Source: Tubiluchus corallicola (lineage: Eukaryota; Animalia; Priapulida). Taken from it: 33,914 nucleotides of DNA. Below the pieces are notes generated by a model that searched no databases, was not told the origin of the DNA, and saw nothing but the letters and a program-made list of their open reading frames with translations. This document shows, one piece after another, positions 1 through 10,935 of this stretch; the first letter of the stretch is position 1, and each line of letters opens with the position of its first letter. The translations under genes were made by a program, and so were the position numbers. The stretch spans positions 1 to 33,914 of the forward strand of contig JAQGDQ010001582.1 in assembly GCA_030141605.1 (NCBI GenBank), written 5' to 3'.

Positions 1-1000
1 TGTTGGGTTTATTTTACTGTTATCACGTATTATTTGAATACGTTGATCACTTAAACTGTTTGTGGTGTGCTAAAGGAAAGTACAAGTCATTTTGCATGTT
101 GGGTTTATTTTACTGTTATCACTTAAACTGTTTGTGGTGTGCTAAAGGAAAGTACAAGTCACTTAGCATGTTGGGTTTATTTTACTGTTATCACGTATTA
201 TTTGAATACGTTGATCACTTAAACTGTTTGTGGTGTGCTAAAGGAAAGTACAAGTCACTTAGCATGTTGGGTTTATTTTACTGTTATCACGTATTATTTG
301 AATACGTTGATCACTTAAACTGTTTGTGGTGTGCTAAAGGAAAGTACAAGTCACTTAGCATGTTGGGTTTATTTTACTGTTATCACGTATTATTTGAATA
401 CGTTGATCTCTTAAACTGTTTGTGGTGTGCTAAAGGAAAGTACAAGTCATTTAGCATGTTGGGTTTATTTTACTGTTATCATGTATTATTTGAATACATT
501 GATCACTTAAACTGTTTGTGGTGTGCTAAAGGAAAGTACAAGTCACTTTGCATGTTGGGTTTATTTTACTGTTATCACGTATTATTTGAATACGTTGATC
601 TCTTAAACTGTTTGTGGTGTGCTAAAGGAAAGTACAAGTCACTTTGCATGTTGGGTTTATTTTACTGTTATCACGTATTATTTGAATACGTTGATCTCTT
701 AAACTGTTTGTGGTGTGCTAAAGTAAAGTACAAGTCACTTTGCATGTTTGGTTTATTTTACTGTTATCATGTATTATTTGAATACATTGATCACTTAAAC
801 TGTTTGTGGTGTGCTAAAGGAAAGTACAAGTCACTTTGCATGTTGGGTTTATTTTACTGTTATCACGTATTATTTGAATACATTGATCACTTAAACTGTT
901 TGTGGTGTGCTAAAGGAAAGTACAAGTCATTTTGCACGCTGGGTTTATTTTACTGTTATCACGTATTATTTGAATACATTGATCTCTTAAACTGTTATCA
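1..1000. repeat. 96-bp tandem satellite, ~10.5 units visible, open at the window's left edge
   Basis: Unit TGTTGGGTTTATTTTACTG...AAGTCACTTAGCA recurs at 1, 97, 169, 265, 361, 457, 553, 649, 745, 841 and 937; the second unit is 72 bp (24-bp deletion). Confidence 0.97.
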
Positions 1001-1052
1001 CTACAAAAACTGTCTGTATAGCATGAAGTTAATTTACACTTTATAGAGAATT

Positions 1053-1201
<149 letters not shown>

Positions 1202-1444
1202 TTATTTGGAAGTGTAAATACAATATCAAGAAACACTGGGAAAAAATAGATATTAGAAATAATGATAATGACAGCGTGCATATAATAAATGGCAAGAACC
1301 AGAAGTAAAACTTGTTAGGTACTTGCACCATTATAAACACGTCCAAATAGTTAAAAAAAGAACAAAAAAACGAATTAAAAAAAAGAGTTGTGCAAAGTAA
1401 GGAGAGAAGTGATGGATAAAAGAATGCTCAAAAGCACGCATTAC

Positions 1445-1596
1445 TTAAACTAATTCAAACTTCTGCAGCTTACGTAAATTTCATGCAAAACTGTCAAAAA
1501 ATTTGCTATTTATTTTTTATAAGAACTTATCATACTTGAAGCAGACCCTTACAGTACGCTTTTTTGTTCAACCGATGAATGACGTCATTGGTGGAA
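1445..1596 (+). mobile_element. Fragment of an unclassified dispersed repeat; a diverged inverted copy lies at ~19442-19578
   Basis: TTAAACTAATTCAAAC...TTCATGCAAAACTGTCA...TTCAACC...AATGACGTCATTGGTGGAA aligns with the reverse complement of 19442-19578. Confidence 0.6.
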
Positions 1597-2130
1597 CGTG
1601 TGCTCAATGTGGGAGCGCCCACGCTTGAAATGATCGCGACTTTAAAGTGATTTTACTAGCCAGAATATCACTTCATTCTCTCCAATAATAAGAAACGGTT
1701 TTCCGTTAAAGAAAGCAAAATTAACCCTTTAAGAAACTACAGCGAAAATTACTCTATAAAATTTCAGTTCGGAAAATGCGCCATCATTAAATTGTCCTAA
1801 ATCGCTGCTGACTATGATTAATAATCATGACCGCTGTAAAGCGATGAAAGCTCAAAAGCGCCACAACTTCCTGTACAAACCAATCACTAATAACTGGCAT
1901 TTATTGCAACGTATATTAATTCTAATTGACACAATTATCTTCTAATTGAAATATATGAGTGGCCCGTCGGAATTAGTTATAGTCCGCTAATTAGGACTTA
2001 ATCAAGCCCGCTGTCATTAAGTGAGTATTTCGATTTTCCTATAATGAACAGAAAGGGAATGGAGAGATGATGAGGTTAAAGGAAGATTAGGGACGCAGCT
2101 ATGATTGTGTTGATGACGACAGCACAATAA

Positions 2131-2493
2131 GCCTTTTCACAGCTTCGCTGTGCGCACGCGCAGTTGCTATAGGTCAAAGGTTACCACTGTCTTGACTACA
2201 GCCGTCATTTGGCATGCTTGTAAAGCAATGTCGTCTGCCGCATCAGTTCAGTAACTTTAGTTGTTTTACGCAGACTTTACTTAGCATTACGCACTGGTGT
2301 GATCTACTAGAAGGATCTTGTTTGGGAATAAGAATAAATGAACTAGGTAAGGTTCTAGCTAGCTGTTATAACTGTTGCTATTACAATAACATGGGCTGCG
2401 AGGTATTGTCAAGTGTAAACAAATGCGTTGTCTAGTACACTTAACGTTTGACCTTTTCAAGATCATCATCAATTGCTGGAACTGTGAAAAGGT
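2131..2493. mobile_element. MITE, copy 1 of a family with CCTTTTCACAG TIRs (PIF/Harbinger-like TAA/TTA flanks)
   Basis: Ends GCCTTTTCACAG...CTGTGAAAAGGT, preceded by TAA and followed by TTA; the interior aligns end to end with 20648-21027. Confidence 0.8.
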
Positions 2494-2799
2494 TTATTCA
2501 TTCATTAAGAAGAAACAGACATTAGACATCATTTGTCAAGTCGGTCACATAACAGAACGTTCACAGAAGGTTTTTAGTTCTGAAAGCACAAGAAAATACC
2601 CCTCATAAATAAGATTTAAAAATTCGTGTTGAAATTTTTTATCACTTATATGCAGTCTTATTGCATACAGGGCTTGCATCGACAGTAAAAAACTTGTAAA
2701 TTTAAACTCCCGCGATGATCGTTAGACGCAGTCATTTTAATAGTAGGTGTTTAAAACAAGTTTAGATAAACTTGCGTGAAATTTGAAAAAAATAATTCA

Positions 2800-3735
2800 T
2801 GAGTCATTTATTTCACATTACAGATTTACAATAGTTTCATGTACAATATCTAGTGAAAGGGCCTACAATGAACATAATACAAATAAGAAATACTGCACAG
2901 GAAAAGCCTCACATACTGTTCACCTATATACAAAGGTAAATGTGTTGCGGGCAATCAAAAAGCAGGGCTTGTTAGATTGTCCCACACAGTGATAGAAAAA
3001 AAAGTAATGGAGATAATCTGAAAATTTAAAGTGAATTGTGATAAAAAACATTAGTGCTTAAAATGGAATGATGTAATGAATGAAGCTCATATATGAGATG
3101 ATATAAAAGATAGAAAGACTATTAGTTATTAATAGTATGTAAAATTAAGATAACTTGATTAAGATAACACCACTGTGAGGATGGATACTGATAGAAATTT
3201 TGATTACCGTATTTTCCCGTGTATAAGAGACCCTTTTTTGCTCAGAATTTTCACTTTAAAAATAGGGGGTCTCTTATACATGGGAGTAAGTCTTTTCAAT
3301 AAGATGCATAAATTGTGACACTAATGATTTTAAAGAAATAAGTGCTCTACAACTGTTTTGCGTGTCGCGTTCGACTATGAAGCGGTTGTAAGCAATACAA
3401 GCATCGTGACACAGACATTATCTCCGCGTTTTCTCTTTTCCTGTTACAGGTTTGCAGGTACGCACTTTAATATATAACAGTACTCTTTTTCTACAACACA
3501 TTAACTGGTTTTATTTTGTTTTCAGTACCGCACTGAGTTGAAAAAAGTTGTACTCTACCCTCTAAAAATGTCCGTCTGAAAAAACTTTTTTCCAGAATTT
3601 TTGCCTAAAAATTGAAGGGGTCTCTTATACACAAGGGTCTCTTATACACGGGAAAATACGGTACTCACTGATACTTACTTAAAATTTGATTTTTTAGCAT
3701 TTTTTTAAATCTAGTAATAGATCTAGTAATAAATA
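2800..3735 (-). mobile_element. Probable decayed 3' end of a CR1/L2/Crack-group LINE, interrupted by the 3207-3661 MITE
   Basis: Minus strand ~3723-3665 reads SITRFKKMLKNQILSKYQ*, like the S..FK..LK..LL..Y* ORF2 C-terminus. It is followed by an AT-rich UTR with a GGGACAATC...AAGCCCTGCTTTT...GATTGCCC stem-loop and a terminal TGTGAAATAAATGA. Confidence 0.45.
3207..3661. mobile_element. Tc1/mariner-superfamily MITE (Tc2/pogo-like TIR) with TA target-site duplication
   Basis: Perfect 29-bp TIR CCGTATTTTCCCGTGTATAAGAGACCCTT / AAGGGTCTCTTATACACGGGAAAATACGG; TA at 3205-3206 and 3662-3663; internal repeats of GGGTCTCTTATACA. Confidence 0.92.
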
Positions 3736-3737
3736 TT

Positions 3738-4015
3738 CAGGGCATTCGTACTGCACACGTCACAAACTAAGCAAAAGTTTAAATTACTGTATCTTGTCAA
3801 TAATGTATTTTTGGTGAATCAGTGGTGCACACTGGGATGGCGATGCAGTAGCGCTTTACCGGGTGACGCGAACATTTTAAATTGTTAATTCGGAACTTTC
3901 TTTTCCAATTACATAAGTCTGTCAAGCAGGTAAGAGCGTAATGCTAACTAATGTAACTTTGTATGGAAAGTTTTTGAGATCGACTTTTGAATTCACTTTT
4001 CATTTGCTTTAGCCT
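3738..4015 (+). mobile_element. Dispersed repeat fragment; second copy at ~17456-17810
   Basis: Shared blocks CACAAACTAAGCAAAAGT, TTACTGTATCTTGTCAATAA, TCAGTGGTGCACACTGGGA, CGAACATTTTAAAT and TAACTTTG..TGGAAAGTTTT. Confidence 0.8.
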
Positions 4016-4286
4016 TCTCGTATTCTACTTCTTGATCAACCCTTGTTTATCTTGTGTTTTGTTTCTCTCGGATGGCTCGTAGAGAAAACCAGAAAACACG
4101 TCGTCAAATTAAACTAGTTTATTAAGTGAGAATTCTACAACACAAAAGTATGAAGGAACGCGAAATGTTTACAGTAAATGTGATAATCTGGAAACGTGAA
4201 AACGAGAAAGCGTATCTGAGAATCTGAGAATACGAGGATACAAGAGAATAATCTTGAGCGGCAGCTCCGCCTTATATAGGTTTTAC

Positions 4287-7173
4287 AAGTTAAATGTAGA
4301 CACAGGAAAGTTCAAATGTGACTTAGGTAAGTCAAATGTAGACAGGGGAAAGTTCAAATGTGACTTAGGTAAGTCAAATGTAGACACAGGAAAGTTCAAA
4401 TGTGACTTAGGTAAGTCAAATGTAGACACAGGAAAGTTCAAATGTGACTTAGGTAAGTCAAATGTAGACACAGGAAAGTTCAAATGTGACTTAGGTAAGT
4501 CAAATGTAGACATGGGAAAGTTCAAATGTGACTTAGGTAAGTCAAATGTAGACACAGGAAAGTTCAAATGTGAGTTAGGTAAGTCAAATGTAGACATAGG
4601 AAAGTTCAAATGTGACTTAGGTAAGTCAAATGTAGACACAGGAAAGTTCAAATGTGACTTAGGTAAGTCAAATGTAGACACAGGAAAGTTCAAATGTGAC
4701 TTAGGTAAGTCAAATGTAGACACAGGAAAGTTCAAATGTGACTTAGGTAAGTCAAATGTAGACACAGGAAAGTTCAAATGTGACTTAGGTAAGTCAAATG
4801 TAGACTCAGGAAAGTTCAAATGTGACTTAGGTAAGTCAAATGTAGACTCAGGAAAGTTCAAATGTGACTTAGGTAAGTCAAATGTAGACACAGGAAAGTT
4901 CAAATGTGACTTAGGTAAGTCAAATGTAGACATAGGAAAGTTCAAATGTGACTTAGGTAAGTCAAATGTAGACACAGGAAAGTTCAAATGTGACTTAGGT
5001 AAGTCAAATGTAGACACAGGAAAGTTCAAATGTGACTTAGGTAAGTCAAATGTAGACACAGGAAAGTTCAAATGTGACTTAGGTAAGTCAAATGTAGACA
5101 CAGGAAAGTTCAAATGTGACTTAGGTAAGTCAAATGTAGACACAGGAAAGTTCAAATGTGACTTAGGTAAGTCAAATGTAGACACAGGAAAGTTCAAATG
5201 CGACTTAGGTAAGTCAAATGTAGACACAGGAAAGTTCAAATGTGACTTAGGTAAGTCAAATGTAGACACAGGAAAGTTCAAATGCGACTTAGGTAAGTCA
5301 AATGTAGACACAGGAAAGTTCAAATGCGACTTAGGTAAGTCAAATGTAGACACAGGAAAGTTCAAATGTGACTTAGGTAAGTCAAATGTAGACACAGGAA
5401 AGTTCAAATGTGACTTAGGTAAGTCAAATGTAGACACAGGAAAGTTCAAATGTGACTTAGGTAAGTCAAATGTAGACACAGGAAAGTTCAAATGTGACTT
5501 AGGTAAGTCAAATGTAGACACAGGAAAGTTCAAATGTGACTTAGGTAAGTCAAATGTAGACACAGGAAAGTTCAAATGTGACTTAGGTAAGTCAAATGTA
5601 GACACAGGAAAGTTCAAATGTGACTTAGGTAAGTCAAATGTAGACACAGGAAAGTTCAAATGTGACTTAGGTAAGTCAAATGTAGACACAGGAAAGTTCA
5701 AATGTGACTTAGGTAAGTCAAATGTAGACACAGGAAAGTTCAAATGTGACTTAGGTAAGTCAAATGTAGACACAGGAAAGTTCAAATGCGACTTAGGTAA
5801 GTCAAATGTAGACACAGGAAAGTTCAAATGCGACTTAGGTAAGTCAAATGTAGACACAGGAAAGTTCAAATGTGACTTAGGTAAGTCAAATGTAGACTCA
5901 GGAAAGTTCAAATGTGACTTAGGTAAGTCAAATGTAGACTCAGGAAAGTTCAAATGTGACTTAGGTAAGTCAAATGTAGACACAGGAAAGTTCAAATGAG
6001 ACTTAGGTAAGTCAAATGTAGACATAGGAAAGTTCAAATGTGACTTAGGTAAGTCAAATGTAGACACAGGAAAGTTCAAATGTGACTTAGGTAAGTCAAA
6101 TGTAGACACAGGAAAGTTCAAATGAGACTTAGGTAAGTCAAATGTAGACATAGGAAAGTTCAAATGTGACTTAGGTAAGTCAAATGTAGACACAGGAAAG
6201 TTCAAATGTGACTTAGGTAAGTCAAATGTAGACACAGGAAAGTTCAAATGTGACTTAGGTAAGTCAAATGTAGACATAGGAAAGTTCAAATGTGACTTAG
6301 GTAAGTCAAATGTAGACACAGGAAAGTTCAAATGTGACTTAGGTAAGTCAAATGTAGACACAGGAAAGTTCAAATGTGACTTAGGTAAGTCAAATGTAGA
6401 CACAGGAAAGTTCAAATGTGACTTAGGTAAGTCAAATGTAGACATAGGAAAGTTCAAATGTGACTTAGGTAAGTCAAATGTAGACACAGGAAAGTTCAAA
6501 TGTGACTTAGGTGAGTCAAATGTAGACACAGGAAAGTTCAAATAAGACTTAGGTAAGTCAAATGTAGACACAGGAAAGTTCAAATGTGACTTAGGTAAGT
6601 CAAATGTAGACACAGGAAAGTTCAAATGTGACTTAGGTAAGTCAAATGTAGACATAGGAAAGTTCAAATGTGACTTAGGTAAGTCAAATGTAGACACAGG
6701 AAAGTTCAAATGTGACTTAGGTAAGTCAAATGTAGACACAGAAAAGTTCAAATGTGACTTAGGTAAGTCAAATGTAGACACAGGAAAGTTCAAATGTGAC
6801 TTAGGTAAGTCAAATGTAGACAAGGAAAGTTCAAATGTGACTTAGGTAAGTCAAATGTAGACACAGGAAAGTTCAAATGTGAGTTAGGTAAGTCAAATGT
6901 AGACACAGGAAAGTTCAAATGTGACTTAGGTAAGTCAAATGTAGACACAGGAAAGTTCAAATGTGACTTAGGTAAGTCAAATGTAGACACAGGAAAGTTC
7001 AAATGTGACTTAGGTAAGTCAAATGTAGACACAGAAAAGTTCAAATGAGACTTAGGTAAGTCAAATGTAGACATAGGAAAGTTCAAATGTGACTTAGGTA
7101 AGTCAAATGTAGACATAGGAATTTCGAATGTGTTTTGGTAACTCAAATGTGACTTAGGTAAGTCAAATGTAGA
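4287..7173. repeat. 42-bp minisatellite, ~68 highly homogeneous copies
   Basis: Unit TTCAAATGTGACTTAGGTAAGTCAAATGTAGACACAGGAAAG, made of two ~21-bp subunits that each contain TCAAATGT. Confidence 0.99.
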
Positions 7174-7440
7174 TGCATTACTTTGAATAAATCGGTAATT
7201 AACTCATTTAATTGCAAATTGCAAAAAGATAAACCAAAGATAGTGCATCTATTAGTAGGCCTATAACGTTGTTATTTTAACTTAGGAGCAATTATTAAAT
7301 TGAAATTAAAGAAGATTAAATTTAACATCCTTAAACTTTACCACCTGTCCACATTTGAGAGACCAATGTCACATTTGACTTGACATGTGTCTACATTTGA
7401 CTTACCAAAAGCGCTCAAGATTTCTTGAAAACGATTGTTA

Positions 7441-7640
7441 ACACATTTGAACTACCTAAGTCTACATTTGAGTTACCAAGACACATTTGAATTACCTAAA
7501 TCTACATTTGAGTTACCAAGACACATTTGAATTACCTAAGTCTACATTTGAGTTATCAAGACACATTTGAACTACCTAAGTCTACATTTGAGTTACCAAG
7601 ACACATTTGAATTACCTAAATCTATATTTGACTTAACGTC
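7441..7640. repeat. 40-bp minisatellite, ~5 copies, inverted relative of the 42-bp array
   Basis: Unit ACACATTTGAA(C/T)TACCTAA(G/A)TCTACATTTGAGTTACCAAG; its reverse complement contains TCAAATGTAGAC, CTTAGGTA and TTCAAATGTG. Confidence 0.92.
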
Positions 7641-8310
7641 GGTCTACATTTGACATTTGAAACTTATATATCAGCGCCAGGGAACAATCTAGAAATAGAA
7701 AGTTCTCGAAACTTCTACAAGGTAAGAAGATTGTTCTACTATACTATAGAACATTCTTCAACATTCTATTTAATTCTAGTGGATCTCCGCATGAGTTTAC
7801 GCAAAATTTGCCGATTTTCGTTGCGTTTTCTATTGTAACAGAAGTTGAGTAGTCTCTGTTTCTATGTATTGGCAAACAAAGTTTAAGTTGCAAATAATTT
7901 TCTACAAATTTAACGGTAAATCTCCGTTTTGGTCGGTGAACTTCTAAACCTTCTCTTTTCGGTGGCATAAGTTTGATGAATCAGTAAAAGTTTTTGTGTT
8001 CGAATGGTTATAGTTGTAAATTGTTTTTTCACCTATGAAATAATCAGTGCTAAAAAGTTGCAATTAATTGTAATTTCCAGTTTAAAAGATTTCCACGTGT
8101 GCTGAGGAAAGGACTGTTTCGTTTATATACACGAATAAGCTTAGATTAATTGGCAACGCAACGACAAACTTACACAAAGTAAAAACATTTTAGACCTTTC
8201 CTAGGATTACAAATTTTTTCTCTAACTTTATGCATCTAAAACTCAGTCATTTGTAATTTGTAACTTAATGTATTTATGAATAACTCCTGAATACAACTTG
8301 CATTAGCACC

Positions 8311-8540
8311 GAGATTCTTATGAATAACATTGAATTTCTTATGAATAGGCTCGCATTTTAAAGGTACATTAGCTTATATTGTTAACTCAGAGATTCTTAT
8401 GAATAACATTGAATTTCTTATGAATACGCCAACAGTTTCAAAGGTACATTAGCCTATATTGTTAACTCAGAGATTCTTATGAATAACAGTGAATTACTTA
8501 TGAATACGCGCACAGTTTCAAAGGTCCACTGGCCTATATT
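8311..8540. repeat. 79-80-bp tandem repeat, 3 copies
   Basis: GAGATTCTTATGAATAACA recurs at 8311, 8390 and 8470. Confidence 0.92.
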
Positions 8541-9502
8541 AGTTTAATACAAATTCCAATAGATGGCGTATACTCAGCGCATAAACACAGCGCATTACGC
8601 GTTACGCTGAAACTCCTATTGACAGGTAAGAAGAGGTATTGTAATCTGGCGTTTTTTTAATACGAAATACGGATACTTACACGTACGGAAACTTGTACAA
8701 AGAAGGAACTATTTCACGGTGACTCTAGGTCAAGCGTTTCTTCAGAAATTCGTAACTTTGTCACTTTGCTGTATGACCACAAACTGTTAAACAAAGTTTT
8801 TCCCGAAGTTCCTTAGACTCCTTCTATCCGCTGCAATGGACAGCATTAGTTTCAAAGGTTGGACATCAACACGGAACCTCTTTTGACACTTTGCAAGAAT
8901 ACTGCACGAAGCACAAACGTAACTGAAACAAAAATAAAGCAGAACTGAATTTAAACGTCACTTCTTGACAGCTCAGTGAAATTTTCAAGATTTCCGCAAT
9001 ATCTGCATTTGGTCATCCTTGACCCAACTGTCCATGCTTCTGCCTCTCTTGTTTCAAATCACACACTAAGAGCAAGATTTAGCTCGATAAGCCGGCCACT
9101 GCAAGCTCCCAAACGAAGCCACAACACTATTTTCATCCCGACGGTTAAACCGCAGGAAGCCAGGAATGCTTCCGCACCGCGCATGCGCAGTAGCACCAGC
9201 GCATTCGTTCTGATTAGTGCAATGACGGTGTTGTAATTTATATCGTCGAGTTATCATGATTAATTAGGCTAATTAGTAATTTAGAAAATAGTTTATGGCT
9301 GAAACGATTACTTTTTGCACGGTTTGCTGTTGTCTAATAGCCCTTGAAGGTGTTATAAAGTTGCAATGATGGTCAGTAACTTATTTAATTATTTTTTCCA
9401 ACAAGCCAATGGCGTATTGCAGAGTACTCTGGTTCGTAATAGGACATTTTAATTAGAAATGTAATGATAAACATTGTTAGTTCGTTAGCTAAAGTCAGTT
9501 AT

Positions 9503-10393
9503 CAGCTGCTGACCATCACAGGTTATATACTAGGTTAGCCAGCTAGCTGACCATCACAGGTTATATACTAGGTTAGCCAGCTAGCTAACCATCACAGGTT
9601 ATATACTAGGTTAGCCAGCTAGCTAACCATCACAGGTTACATACTAGGTTAGCTAGCTAGCTGACCATCACAGGTTATATACTAGGTTAGCCAGCTAGCT
9701 AACCATCACAGGTTATATACTAGGTTAGCCAGTTAGCTAACCAACAGGTTATATACTAGGTTAGCCAGCTAGCTAACCAACACAGGTTATATACTAGGCT
9801 AGCCAGCTAGCTAACCAACACAGGTTTTATACTAGGTTAGCCAGCTAGCTAGCCAACACAGGTTATATACTAGGTTAGCCAGCTAGCTAACCAACACAGG
9901 TTATATACTAGGTTAACCAGCTAGCTGACCATCACAGGTTATATACTAGGTTAGCCAGCTAGCTAACCAACACAGGTTATAGACTAGGTTAGCCAGCTAG
10001 CTAACCAACACAGGTCATATACTAAGTTAGCCAGCTAGCTAACCAACACAGGTTATATACTAGGTTAGCTAGCTAGCTAACCAACACAGGTTATATACTA
10101 TGTTAGCCAGCTAGCTAACCAACACAGGTTATATACTAGGTTAGCTAACTATCTAACCAACACAGGTTATATACTAGGTTAGCCAGCTAGCTAACCAACA
10201 CAGGTTATATACTAGGTTAGCCAGCTAGCTAAACAACACAGGTTATAGACTAGGTTAGCCAGTTAGCTAACCAACACAGGTTATATACTAGGTTAGCCAG
10301 CTAGCTAACTAACACAGGTTATAGACTAGGTTAGCCAGCTAGCTAACCAACAGGTTATATAGTAGGTTAGCCAGCTAGCTAACCAACACATGG
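9503..10393. repeat. 38-bp minisatellite, ~23 copies, with a near-palindromic core
   Basis: Unit CCA(T/A)CACAGGTTATATACTAGGTTAGCCAGCTAGCTAA; core GGTTAGCCAGCTAGCTAACC. Confidence 0.98.
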
Positions 10394-10815
10394 TAATTGA
10401 AGGACCTGATGCCAGACTGATTTCCACCTTATTTTAACGTTACTGTCGACACTCTCGTACTGAATGACCTTAGCTGCTCAACAGCCTCAGTAAAGACCAT
10501 AACTTTTTTTAATGACTTCATCCCGTTTCAATTCATTTCGTTTCCAGAAATTCAATTTTCTTCCCATCTGAATGTCGTCAACAGCGGAAGTAGTCAAACA
10601 ATAGATCGTAATAGTCTAATCAATGATAATTCAGTCTAGAAAACCGGATTTGCAGGCCTGTAATATTCAAAGAATCCTCTCACAAACAATGTTGCTGATG
10701 GCGAATAATGATGGTGATGACAAACAATGTTTGATGAGCAACATAATGGCGGCCATTATGAAAGCAACGAAATTTGAAATGTAGCGTTTAGGAAATCACA
10801 AGTATTATTCTTTAG

Positions 10816-10935
10816 AACTACGGCCAAATCACGTTGAAAACAGCGGTTCTCGTCTGATCACCGAAGATAAGCAACGTAGAGCCTGGTTAGTGCTTGGATG
10901 GATGACCGCTTAGGAATACCAGGTGCTGTAGGCTT
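10816..10935 (+). pseudogene. Full-length 5S rRNA-derived sequence forming the head of a SINE
   Basis: 120 nt collinear with animal 5S rRNA (CTACGGCC...CACGTTGAAAAC...GGTTCTCGTCTGATCACCGAAG.TAAGCAACGT...GGTTAGT.CTTGGATGG.TGACCGC...GGAATACCAGGTGCTGTAGGCTT). It has several substitutions, no oligo-T terminator and no tandem rDNA context. Confidence 0.93.

Larger units (their letters stand above)
4268..7676. mobile_element. Foldback-like non-autonomous element with inverted arms built from TCAAATGT-containing tandem repeats
   Basis: Left end CGCCTTATATAGGTTTTACAAGTTAAATGTAGAC vs right end (reverse complement) CGCTGATATATAAGTTTCAAATGTCAAATGTAGAC; 42-bp array on the left, related 40-bp array in opposite orientation on the right, AT-rich spacer at ~7174-7348. 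Confidence 0.65.

Noticed and set aside
3-1046. 347-aa Cys/His-rich ORF resembling a zinc-binding repeat protein
   Set aside because: It is the translation of a 96-bp satellite whose unit is a multiple of 3; no unique domain, start context or splice evidence.
4254-6823. 581-aa (+) and 846-aa (-) overlapping ORFs
   Set aside because: They are translations of the 42-bp array, open on both strands by chance, with stops and a frameshift in variant units.
9503-10393. CRISPR-like array (palindromic repeats; also considered for the 22587-23063 and 27000-29812 arrays)
   Set aside because: There are no unique spacers, the units are contiguous near-identical repeats, there are no cas genes, and the context is eukaryotic.
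10816-10935. Functional 5S rRNA gene
   Set aside because: Substitutions in conserved positions, no oligo-T terminator, not in a tandem array, and fused to a body shared with a second dispersed copy.
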